Source of the DNA: Octopus bimaculoides
Lineage: Eukaryota
DNA: 64,000 nt
Assembly: GCF_001194135.2 (NCBI RefSeq)
Contig: NC_068989.1
Span: 4,232,283-4,296,282 of the forward strand
Direction: 5' to 3'
The translations under genes were made by a program, and so were the position numbers. Of this stretch, positions 41,731-54,300 are shown piece after piece (position 1 is the first letter of the stretch; each line of letters opens with the position of its first letter). Below the pieces are notes generated by a model. That model saw only the letters and a program-made list of their open reading frames with translations. It searched no databases and was not told the DNA's origin.

Positions 41731-43676
41731 GTTTTATGACTCCGACAACATAGTAAAGTGTAGATTACTCTAAAAAGAAAGACACACACAAACACGTCCC
41801 ATTCACCTTATATAAGTTTCTCCAGTCTACGAATTAAAAAAAAAATGGAGGACTATATACACTTTATCATATTCCAACATCGGACCTCAAAAAAACATTT
41901 TCAATGCTTCCATTATGAAAAACGAAATAAAGTAACGACTAAAATAAAAATAATAAATGGACTCAGAATACTTACATTTGTTTCTTTATTACAGGAATAC
42001 ACACATTACATGCATACATGTCGTACAACATGATGTATATACATATATACACATGCAAACACACTAATCTTAATCTGAATATTATATTTATGAATATATA
42101 TATATATATATATATANNNNNNNNNNNNNNNNNNNNNNNNNNNNNNNNNNNNNNNNNNNNNNNNNNNNNNNNNNNNNNNNNNNNNNNNNNNNNNNNNNNN
42201 NNNNNNNNNNNNNNNNNNNNNNNNNNNNNNNNNNNNNNNNNNNNNNNNNNNNNNNNNNNNNNNNNNNNNNNNNNNNNNNNNNNNNNNNNNNNNNNNNNNN
42301 NNNNNNNNNNNNNNNNNNNNNNNNNNNNNNNNNNNNNNNNNNNNNNNNNNNNNNNNNNNNNNNNNNNNNNNNNNNNNNNNNNNNNNNNNNNNNNNNNNNN
42401 NNNNNNNNNNNNNNNNNNNNNNNNNNNNNNNNNNNNNNNNNNNNNNNNNNNNNNNNNNNNNNNNNNNNNNNNNNNNNNNNNNNNNNNNNNNNNNNNNNNN
42501 NNNNNNNNNNNNNNNNNNNNNNNNNNNNNNNNNNNNNNNNNNNNNNNNNNNNNNNNNNNNNNNNNNNNNNNNNNNNNNNNNNNNNNNNNNNNNNNNNNNN
42601 NNNNNNNNNNNNNNNNNNNNNNNNNNNNNNNNNNNNNNNNNNNNNNNNNNNNNNNNNNNNNNNNNNNNNNNNNNNNNNNNNNNNNNNNNNNNNNNNNNNN
42701 NNNNNNNNNNNNNNNNNNNNNNNNNNNNNNNNNNNNNNNNNNNNNNNNNNNNNNNNNNNNNNNNNNNNNNNNNNNNNNNNNNNNNNNNNNNNNNNNNNNN
42801 NNNNNNNNNNNNNNNNNNNNNNNNNNNNNNNNNNNNNNNNNNNNNNNNNNNNNTATATATGCATATACATATGTGTACACACTTGATCTCTCTGGATATA
42901 TATAGATGCATGTATGTATGTACATATATCATGTTTGATTAAGAATATAGTAAGTTTGCATCGCTTATTAAAAATTTGTAGTGTAATCTATAATATAGAG
43001 GTGAAATAATGCAAACCACGAATCCTTAGTCGCTTTTACTAATATTTTCTTGCCATGAAGCCATTTAAAAAGGCGACATTAATTCAGATGTATTTTGAAA
43101 AAATATAATTTGAATATATGTTGAAAATCAATAAACTACTTCCACTTACTGTACAGTACAGAAATCTTCGAGTAGTGAAGAGTTATTTGCGTTAACAATG
43201 CAAAACACATGATATATTTGTGAAATGCAAACACTCCGAGAACCATCTAATATGTAACAATATCATTTTTTTGAAATGGCACAAAAATATATATTTCTTG
43301 ACAAAACTTCCACGTTTAAAAGTAAGAGGCTTTTCATATTACTTGTCTCAAATTTTCATTTTCTGCTTTGAATTATTTCATTTTATTTGTCTCCCGTTTC
43401 AAATATTTTACTTTCAAATATTTTACACTCTCAATTTGCTTGTATATATGTCCCTAACGATTTAATATTTTAGTTCAGTAAATGAATTTTCCGTTTATGC
43501 ATTATATCATAATACTCTAAAGGGAAATAATTAGCTCTGCCACCATGAACTCCTATGTATAAACGAGAGTAAAAATGATACCTTATAAAATATCACTGAA
43601 GAATTCTGGTTTGGTGCAAAGGTTTCCATGGCAATAACAAATAAGGTGAATAAAAGGTCTGTACTTACAATTGATA

Positions 43677-43760
<84 letters not shown>

Positions 43761-46247
43761 GATTNNNNNNNNNNNNNNNNNNNNNNNNNNNNNNNNNNNN
43801 NNNNNNNNNNNNNNNNNNNNNNNNNNNNNNNNNNNNNNNNNNNNNNNNNNNNNNNNNNNNNNNNNNNNNNNNNNNNNNNNNNNNNNNNNNNNNNNNNNNN
43901 NNNNNNNNNNNNNNNNNNNNNNNNNNNNNNNNNNNNNNNNNNNNNNNNNNNNNNNNNNNNNNNNNNNNNNNNNNNNNNNNNNNNNNNNNNNNNNNNNNNN
44001 NNNNNNNNNNNNNNNNNNNNNNNNNNNNNNNNNNNNNNNNNNNNNNNNNNNNNNNNNNNNNNNNNNNNNNNNNNNNNNNNNNNNNNNNNNNNNNNNNNNN
44101 NNNNNNNNNNNNNNNNNNNNNNNNNNNNNNNNNNNNNNNNNNNNNNNNNNNNNNNNNNNNNNNNNNNNNNNNNNNNNNNNNNNNNNNNNNNNNNNNNNNN
44201 NNNNNNNNNNNNNNNNNNNNNNNNNNNATATATATATATATATATACGGAATGCTACTGCATAATTTATGATGGCATTGTTATTTGTTAGCTATTACGAG
44301 GAGTGTCTCCCAAGTGAAAGGACATAAATAGTCTTCAGTGATGATATATACACGGAGAGACAGGGAGATAGCGAAAAAGACGAGAGCTCAATGATGATAA
44401 ATAATATGGTTTCAGTTTATATTTGGGAGTGTAGTTTATATTTGGGAGTGTAGCAAAACTACAAAATTAACAGCACTGCGCACTGAAGATCACTGAAACC
44501 TTCTCGTATTTTATAGTCTACTTTATCCTACTTAGAAACCATAGATTGATAATGTGAAAAGTTTAAACTTTTCACCAAGGGGATTATAGCTCTTAGAACA
44601 AGAAGCTTAGCAGTATGATACCAGCAGTAATAGGTGCGCGGGATCGAGTTTTAAAATAGTTCATATTCTATCTTACACAGTAATACATTTATGCATCAAC
44701 ACAATACACAAATCTGCAATATTTACAATGACTCTCACCCTCTTCAAAAGAATTATATTTCTCTGGAGATTTCAGACTTGTTTAAGAGGCTTTATATATA
44801 TAGATTTCAGTTATAAATGCATACAATGTATTTACAACTAATAGGAACGAAAATATCCTCAATATTAATAATGATACTCACTATTGAATATCAAAGTCTT
44901 CATCTTGATATTTAATAATGCATAATATTACGATATGAGACACTAAAAGTACATACAACATTGTCATAGGACTGAAGTCAGCCAAGGTGATCCTGGTTTT
45001 AAATTCATGAAATTAGTGCTTTGCTACGAGAAATAATAGGTGTAAGCATAGACATGTATCTAAGTAATTAACCCTACAACAATGTGGGCCTCGTTCAAAC
45101 CTGCTACTTGTTAAATTTGGTAAGTGTGGTATCTATTGTAGGTTTGTGTTGACAGCTATATTGTGACCAGAATATGGCCGATGGAAAACGTGCAGATGTT
45201 ATTATACACAGATACATGTACATAAGTGTGTGTATGTGCGTGTGTGCTTCTGTGAGTATGTAATCGTATGTGAGTGTTGAAAGTAATTATATCAATGACT
45301 AGGCGGCAGAAGTGCGACAAAACATTTTGATATTTCCTAATAAACTGTACAGACAATAACTGCTCACAATAATAGATTATTTCTCAAGGAGTCATCTGGT
45401 GGTATTGACTTCCGATTCAGCTGTGAGAAAAAATGTTCCTTCCAGTTTTCAATGATATCTTGTAAATCCATAAGAAGTTTCGTCCGTCATTACGTTCTGA
45501 GTTGAAATGAATGTAATATTAAAGTTATCTTGAGACAGTGGTACACAAAGAGAGACGTAAGTTGTTCACTTAGACCGATTCTAGGGTTTACCTCCGGCTG
45601 TTCAATCCTTGCAACGACAAGATACATATTACAGAAATAGCTGGGACGGTGACTGTATTGAAGAGCAGTATACAAACATTATTGTATCTGGTATCAAAAT
45701 TGAGAAATTGAAAGCATATGATATAAAAACGAATGGAATACACTATCACGTATGAAATACATTGCCCTATAACTAGTTTTCACAATGCAATATATTGAAA
45801 TTATAATTTTATGCAAAATCGATTAATGTTCCCGACTAAATACGATGGACTTGGTTTGTCTCAGATTTATTTGCAAGTCCAGATTTACAAGGTCATAAAA
45901 AGGATACTGTCTAAATACTTCATTCACCGAGCATGAAAGTCTACATTCGCCGTTTGTACTGTGATAGACACCTCTGTTTTTCTCCGACCGAAATATTCCC
46001 CGGAAGGAAATAAAGAAACAATAGAAAAATAAATTAACCTCAAAATAGGAACAGAATGCGTTGTATGAGAATATAAACACTACCAATTGTAAATGATACA
46101 CTGGACAATATAAAAGGCAACTGTGAACTAAATCATAATTATATTTTGCAAACAAATCCATAAATAGCCCGACCAGACACAGCAAACCTTCTACGTAAGA
46201 CACATTTGTTACAGAACACACACAGATCAATCATCATCATCATCATC

Positions 46248-46390
46248 AGGTGGCAGAATATTTAGCACGACGGATAAGATGCTTAGCGGCATTTTGTCCG
46301 TTTTCAAGTTCTGTGTTCAAATTCTGCTATGGTCAACATAATCGACATGCCCCCATCCCACCAAAGTTGCTGGCCTTGAGCCAAAATTAT
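46248..46390 (+). mobile_element. Family A SINE with the central core deleted
   Basis: Head tggcagaatatttagcacgacggataagatgcttagcggc joins directly to ggtcaacataatcgac and the tail. Confidence 0.7.
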
Positions 46391-46416
46391 TATTATTATT
46401 GTTATTATTATTATTA

Positions 46417-46450
<34 letters not shown>

Positions 46451-47249
46451 CATTATTATTATTATTTTATATTTGACTTTTGCTTTACATTTGTACAAGT
46501 TCATTACAGGTTTAATGACGAATCACTCTCATTTTCGCTCTGTAAATGACATAATAGCGATTGCTTAATTCACAAACAGTGCATTACGTCTACTGGAGGA
46601 TTTGAAATATTTCGCTGCATAGGAAATATCGTATTAGTATATCAGATGAGTCTAATAACACTGTAGCCTGTATCTGCACCAGTGAACACTTCTTTTTCGG
46701 TAGGGTGTATGCACAGTAAATCAGATTGGAAGAGCACAGCCCATGCATTAGTCTAGTTTCAGTTAATCTTTTCAAGGTAAAGAAACATTAAAAACGTAGA
46801 CATTTTACGAAGCACAGTTTTAATGTTCTGCTGCTTACATCACGTAGCGCTACGTGTTGCATCTTTGCAGGTAATAAATTGCGACGAGAAAACTTAATCA
46901 GTAGTAATATAGACAATTATTTTTAATTAGCTTTTTAATGTTCACTGCAGTGGATATGCTAATATTAACTTTATTAGTTACAGAAAACTAAACTAGGACT
47001 GGATGATTTGAGAGTGAAATCTTTCAGCAGTACTTGTTACAGGAAACGAACTACCTAACAATTGAATGATTCTCCGTTTAACCGATCGATTATTAAAGCA
47101 ACTTTGACGCCTTTTAAATGTTATCGATAAATTTATAGTGGCAGTTATAAAGAAATCCATTTAAGATTTTAGTACTATTACTATTAACTGTTCGATTTAA
47201 TAAAAGCTAGAATGTCCTAAAGGAACAAATGTTTAATAGTTTAACGACG

Positions 47250-47465
47250 ATTGTGACTGAGAACTCCACAGACACCCTTACCACTTAACGTAGATCTAAG
47301 AGAGATTCAGCGTGACACAGAATGTAACCACGATGGCAATTTCAATTACAAGTAAAACTCATTTTTGCCCATTGAGTAGACTGGAGCAACGTGAAATAAA
47401 GTGTCTTGCTCATGACCTTACGCTCGTAAGCCGAATACTTCAATGACTAAGCTACATACCTTCAC
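47250..47465 (-). mobile_element. Family C SINE, degenerate
   Basis: actccacagacacc...gagattcagcgtgacacagaatgt...actggagcaacgtgaaataaagtgtcttgctc. Confidence 0.75.
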
Positions 47466-47802
47466 TTAATTAAACGTTAAATTGGTAAGCCCACGGCTAG
47501 AATATCTTGAGGTATTTGCTTGCATCTCTTTGTGATTCTTTGCATTCGATTTCTACCGAGGTCTTATTAATGCGAATGGCATTAGTAGGATAAACAGCAG
47601 TCACGTCAGTCGATGAGAAGAGCTGTGTCACTCTACCTGTAACACATAACAGCCAGATCTCGCTGAAGACATGGAGTAAAGCAATGACAGAAAGGGGTAT
47701 CTGAAGATCCCACCGAGAAGTTGTTTGATCATAGGTCCGCAGAATCAGAGATGAGCTAGCACTAAAAGCACAAATAATAGAGCATCAAAATGAACACTTG
47801 TT

Positions 47803-47820
47803 CTGCTAGAAATAGCAACT
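47803..47820. repeat. Motif of an older dispersed repeat (CTGCTAGAAATAGCAACT)
   Basis: Reverse complement with one mismatch at 6746-6763; related copies at ~7854-7872 and ~51898-51916. Confidence 0.45.
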
Positions 47821-48021
47821 AGACTTTCCTCAGTTAAACTGCTACTATGAAAAATGAAGTACAGCGTTTAATGATGAAGCCCTAGAAACAGTGCTTCTGA
47901 AACCAAAGGCAGGATAGTTGCAAATGGAAGATTTATGCTTATCGATTTGTTCGGTCAAGGATGAAGTGGGTCCACGAAACAATTTCAATAAGAACAACAT
48001 AATACTTCATTATTTTCTGTT

Positions 48022-48247
48022 TTCTTTTCTTTTACTTCTTTCAGTCGCTGCAGTGCGGCCATGTTAAAGCAACGGTTAATATAGTTTAGTTGAATAAACT
48101 CACGTCGTCAGTGCTATTTATTTTTAAGTTTTGTACTTATTTTATCGGTTCTTTTGCCGAACCACTAAGTTAAGGTAACGCAGAGAAACCAACGCTAGTT
48201 GCGAGACGTTAGTGGCCAAACACAATACAAACACAAACAAATATAAA

Positions 48248-48307
<60 letters not shown>

Positions 48308-48445
48308 GGACTCCCATACAGTTTCCGTCGCAAAGCGCAGGTCAGTCCATAGATATAGTATAAGATAGTTGTCCAGGGTACCATGCAGTGGAACTGAGCC
48401 TACAGCCTCAAGGTTGAAAAACGAGCTTCTTAACCACACAGCTAT
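48022..48445 (-). mobile_element. Family B SINE, degenerate full length, with internal (GT)n(GA)n
   Basis: Tail gtgcggccatgttaaagcaacg and ttttgccgaaccactaagtt; head cagtttccgtc...agcttcttaaccacacagct. Confidence 0.7.
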
Positions 48446-49392
48446 GGAAACAGTAATTAACAGTAATTGTCAAATGTACAGGGAAATCTTGTTATCGGCT
48501 ATGGAAACCAAATTTCACGATAGTACAGACGATTGGTTCCAGGGAATTTGTAATCCATAAACTTAAAACGTGCCGAGACTACTATCAACCTGGTCTCCAT
48601 AGCAAATGAGAGGAGTCAAATGCTGATTTGTCATTAGTTGTACCGTTATTCTTTTCCATTTTCCATTTCGATTTCCCATTACTCGGTTTACAGCGAACTC
48701 AGCAGCTACGTTGTTGCATGTGTGTGTGTGTGTTTCTATATGTGTGTGCATGCATGCGCGTGTGTGTATATATACAGCGACTTCTATTTCGAAAGGTATA
48801 GAAGCAAGCAGGTGAGCAGAGTTCTGCAATAGAGTAAAATCAAAGCAAAAGCGAAATAAAAAAGAAAAAGAATGGAAACTGACAGAACTTGTAAATAAGT
48901 AAATGAATGAATGTAAAAACAAAAAAATAAAAAATACCGGTGACTTGTAAGAATATGGAAAACTTTACTACTTAGTCTGAATTGGAGTGAGTAAAGCAGA
49001 CGAATACATGCGTTTCGGTATAGCAGTGAGCATGTATGTGTGCGTGCGTGTGTGTGTTTATATACATATATATATATATANNNNNNNNNNNNNNNNNNNN
49101 NNNNNNNNNNNNNNNNNNNNNNNNNNNNNNNNNNNNNNNNNNNNNNNNNNNNNNNNNNNNNNNNNNNNNNNNNNNNNNNNNNNNNNNNNNNNNNNNNNNN
49201 NNNNNNNNNNNNNNNNNNNNNNNNNNNNNNNNNNNNNNNNNNNNNNNNNNNNNNNNNNNNNNNNNNNNNNNNNNNNNNNNNNNNNNNNNNNNNNNNNNNN
49301 NNNNNNNNNNNNNNNNNNNNNNNNNNNNNNNNNNNNNNNNNNNNNNNNNNNNNNNNNNNNNNNNNNNNNNNNNNNNNNNNNNNNNNNNNNNN

Positions 49393-49426
<34 letters not shown>

Positions 49427-50149
49427 GAAAATAGCCAATACAATGGCGAAATATAATACAGAACGAATGAGATCAGAAGGTAAAAAAAAAAAAGAAATCT
49501 CTGCAAATCTCGTAATTAAATTGATATTCGTTCGTGTTTTCATGCCAAACATACCATACAGCTTTAATTTCCGGTCAGTTCTTCAGACCCTCTAGTATAC
49601 GTAGTATACGTCCATTGTTACCATTTCCTTTGTTCCAATGATGTAATATTACTTCTATTTCTTTATGTTGTACATCCCTTCGGTTCTACACACTTGTTTC
49701 TTTATCCAACAACCTCTCTATAACATTTACCCTTTCTCGCCTATCTCAATCTCTTCTCTCACTCATACACTTTCTCTTTCTCTTTCCCCCCTCACTTCCT
49801 TTCATCGCCTTCCCGCTTTGTTTATCTAGCTAACCATCTACTTAATAAACACGTATCAACATACATAATCACATCTACGCACACACAAATACTGCCACAC
49901 ATATACTCCCACCTACACATATAACATTTGTACCATTTCTTGTATATTTTTTTTGTCTATTTATGTTTTTTTTTTTTTTTCAGTCTACATTTCTCTTCCT
50001 CTTTCTCGTTTCTCTGTTTCTAATTACGAGGTTCATATAATTTCACTCTTGATATAATTCTTTATTCTTCCATTCATATATGCGTTTATGGGCGAAGCTA
50101 TGAATGCATATAACTGTATTCTTTTATTGTTTTATTCTTTCGCACGTTT

Positions 50150-50700
50150 TTGTCATTTTGACTACGGCCATGCTGGAGCAACGCCTTCAGTCGAACAAAT
50201 CGCCCCGAGGACTTATTAGTACTTATTGTGTCGGTCTCTTTTGCCGCTAGGTTACGGGGACATAAGTACACCAACATCGGTTGTCGAGCGATGGTGAGTG
50301 GAGGGGCAAATAGAGGCACACAAACAAATATATATATATGGCGGTGAGCTGGCAGAATCGTTAACACGCCGTGCGAAATGCTTAGCGGAATTTCGTCTGC
50401 CGTTACGTTCTGAGTTCACATTCCGCTGAGGTCTACTTTGCCTTTCATCTTTTCGGGGTTGATTAAATAAATACCTGTTACACATTGGAGCCGATGTAAT
50501 CGACTTAATCCCTTTGTCTGTCCTTGTTTGTCCTCTCTGTGTTTAGCCACCTGTGGGCAATAAAGAAGTACATATATATATATATATATACATATATACG
50601 ACGGACTTCTTTCAACCAAATCCGTCAACCAAATCCACTCACAAGGCTTTAGTCGACCCGAGGCTATAGCAGAAGACACTCGCTCAAGGTGCCACGCAAT
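50150..50700 (-). mobile_element. Family B SINE split by the A2 insertion
   Basis: 3' half 50150-50330 (cggccatgctggagcaacgcc...ccaacatcggttgtcgagcgatgg); 5' half 50598-50700 (ccaaatccactcacaaggcttt...gctatagcagaagacac). Confidence 0.85.
50340..50570 (+). mobile_element. Family A2 SINE, full length, nested in a family B SINE
   Basis: GGCGGTGAGCTGGCAGAATCG...gtttagccacctgtgggcaataaagaagta, flanked on both sides by (AT)n. Confidence 0.9.
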
Positions 50701-51214
50701 GATGGTGAGTTCCAGAAGGCAGCAGTTTCGGGAAAGAAGCTATTAGAATAAAAAGAACTTGTGACTAACAGGAAGCTCAGTAGAGCAACGATACGCGAGG
50801 AAAGTGAAGCTGATGACATCTTTACAGGTCTTAACAGAGAGTACCAGATCATAAAGTTAATCGGAGTAGTGACACTGGAAATACTTATTGAAAAGACAAG
50901 TCAAAGATACAGTTCGACGATGAGTCAAAGATTCCAGCTATGTAGGGAGAAGAGGACCCATTATGTTAACAATTCGATTCAGAATCCGATCAAGCATATA
51001 AGAGACACTTATTGTTATTACTCTTCGTTATATGTGTGATGACTATGATTGCGACAACAACAACAATGGTATTTGTAACCTTAATAAAAGCCGTGGTAGA
51101 AAGAGTAGCAATAATCATTATGGTAGTAGAAGTAATGATTGGTGATAGTCCAAGCAGTCGTTACGGTGACGGTTCTGGTAGTAATGATGTTGCTGTTGTT
51201 GTATATTCTAACTT

Positions 51215-51830
51215 AACATACCTTCCTTCAAAGGGCATTACAGTGGCGGTTAACTCACCTTGGTCGTCCCATAGGACGCACCATTTAGGGGTTTCTGTCG
51301 CGCATACTATAGGGTCACAGGGCGCTGCTCCATATGATCCCGCAGCCTCCATTTAACTAAGAATATTAGGGTCTCATCCATTGTCCTGTATTCAAGATCC
51401 TCTGCGTGACATCTTGCTAGTTCAAAGCCAGGAATTTAATCTGTTATGTCCTGCCAATAACTAAATCCACGCCCAACTGCCGACACTTCAATTTATTGTC
51501 GTTAAGGTTTTGTCTGTCTCCTACCCTTCGACCTGGCTGGCCTGGTAAGACATGCCTGAAGATTTCCCTCCCACCAACATAGCTCTGTGGGTCAACAGAG
51601 CACACAGGCACTTCACCGCAACAGAGTACTTGAATTGGCCGTTGACTACACAGTAGTTCTTCCTCCTTTCGATAGGTTTTATTTTTCGTCCCGTAGGGTG
51701 TCCAGCAATCACCCTCTTCACCAAGCAAGCTTAATAGGGTTGCCAGTTTAGTCACCGACGACTCGACTATGCCACAGGTTGTATTGGGTTACATCTTACC
51801 TGTAGCACTAAAGAGCGACTTGAGTGGGGT
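51215..51830 (-). mobile_element. Short, internally deleted RTE-like non-LTR retroelement remnant
   Basis: More GC-rich than the flanks. Minus strand reads GACCCACAGAGCTATGTTGGTGGGAG...CCAGGTCGAAGGGTAGGAGACAGAC...GTTGGGCGTGG, resembling RTE-clade 5' leaders as I recall them. No RT ORF. Confidence 0.45.
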
Positions 51831-53431
51831 TTAAGGAAATATTTTCTAATGATTCCTTCTCTTTTAAAGATTATTGGATATGATTTGAGAGAGATTCAGC
51901 AACTATTTCAAGCAGGTTGATGAAAATCTCATTAGAGAACTTCACATTAACTCGATGCTGATTGCGTTGCTGATGGAGGAGGCAGTGTTGGTGATGGTTT
52001 GTATCAATATTGATGTGGATATAATGAAATAGCTATTGTCGTTCCAAATTCTAATTGGAAAGAGATGCTGTTTTATAAAAGCATGCATTAATTAGAACAA
52101 GAGTGCGTTATTACATCAACGTTTATTTAAAATCAAAGATAACATAGAATCTGTTAATTAGAGTCTTTACATGAAATAATTACGTTTGCGTGAGTTATGG
52201 TATTGTCTTAGAAATTTCTAAAATAGAGTTAAACGCTATCATGTTTGAATGTGTGTGCTGTAAATTGCGAAACACTGCAACACACTTCAGCTTAATCTCC
52301 TCGCTTTGGTTGTATTTATGTAGTCGTATGACGTGGAACGGTGTAGAATGACGCGGAATGGTGTAGCATACCATTGCGTTATGTTGCGTGGCACGGTGTG
52401 GTGATGTGTGATCTGCTGAGCAATAAGTTTTAACGACGCCATCTTCAAACGAAATTGTAATTCCAGCATGCAAATATCTAGGCAGGGAACCTTCATATTA
52501 ATCGAGTGTACATTGTTACCACAGTACATTGGATATAAACTTGCATTTAAAATACTAACGTATATCAATGGCGTCTTTTTTGGAGTCAAATGTTTATTGT
52601 ATCAAACGAAGAGTGAAAAAATAAAGACGCCATCCTCGTCATAAAACATGTTGTCAATATACAAACATGATGGCGTCTTCCCAGAAATTATGTGTATATT
52701 AGAGAGAATATAATAACAATGCAATCTCGTTCGTGAACGTTTATAACAAAACTGAATTCTCCCGCTCTGTAATCAAATATCTATCGAAATAGTAAAATAA
52801 TGACTTCGCTTGGAAAATATTCGTATAGGAAAAAAATAAAATAATAAAATAAAAGACAATAAATGTCTTGTCGTATTAGTGTCTTTTGTTGGATACGTTC
52901 AGAAAAGTTCTAGAAATTATTTAAGAAGCGATTTTAGAGTTCACCTTTCTAATGCAAGTAAGTTAGTTATCTCATTATGATATTTACTTTTTGGTCTGTA
53001 AAGTAACTTGCATTGCTTTGCAGTTGGCCAATTCGTTAAATTTGGCCTATTTCGGATCGATGTAACTAATTCAATCAGAGCCGACTGAAATTTGTCAGAA
53101 ATCGCTTCCCACAGGTATCGAAATCATTAAAATAACAAGCTAGCCTAACAATAATCTAACTAATGTTCTCATACAAATGGCGTCTCGTATGAATCCCTCA
53201 AATAATTTTATTTTTCTTCGCCAAACAGTCTCAAATAATGCTGTACCTTGGCTTGATGATTTTTCATCATAAATTCGTTAAGTATTGTATGTCTTCTCTC
53301 TTTTCTTTAATAATGTGATCATATCGGAACATATCTGGAGCTGTCTCACGTATCTAGAGAAATAATTTCGATAAGATTTATAATTGTTTAATATTATTTT
53401 TTCTGCGGAACTATTATGATGATCACCACAT

Positions 53432-53504
<73 letters not shown>

Positions 53505-54248
53505 ATATTAACGAAAGTTATGACACGTTACACAAGCTGTCGACATTCACTAAGCTTTATACAAATATCATTAAGAAATAAATACCTTCATTAAAATGTA
53601 GTGTGATGCAGTGAATAGTTGAAGGATGGGTTGATGCCCCTACCAGGAGAATGCATCTTCTGTTCCATTGCACATATGATTACTGCCCCACACGAAGACT
53701 TAGCTGTTAACTGCATATGGGATCCATGTACAGGTAGACCTAATCAACTGTGGGTCAAATTAGTTGTATAGGCTTAACTGAAACGCAGGATGTTCATACG
53801 ACAAAATAGTTTAACGAATAATGGCGAAACTATTCAAAACCAACCATCCTGAAGTAAATTACACATTGAGAGTTTGGGCCACACGCATCTTGTTATAACT
53901 GAAGTAAGGATATGGGTTTGTAAGTTCCTTATATTCTTCTCGAAGATCGTTAGCGTTTGTTCCTAATTAACGACTGTAATGAATACATTGACACTAATTA
54001 TAGGGAATTCAATGTTTATGATAGTTGCCTGGAGTTGGCAGCATTAGAACCTTGTGTAGCTTACTTTTATACATTCATTGATATTACTCAGACTTAACTA
54101 TATTTAGTTGGAAAATTTGCGGCAATTATTCCGGTTATTAACGCATTCTGATTTCAAATCCCAGCAAGGTCAAATTCGCCTTTTATCCATCAGATACCAA
54201 AAAATAAGAAGACAATTAAGTACCGAGATACGTTCTTCACTTTGTCTT

Positions 54249-54300
<52 letters not shown>

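Noticed and set aside
43538-43561. Perfect GCCACCATG Kozak context
   Set aside because: Opens only MNSYV-stop, with no good donor.
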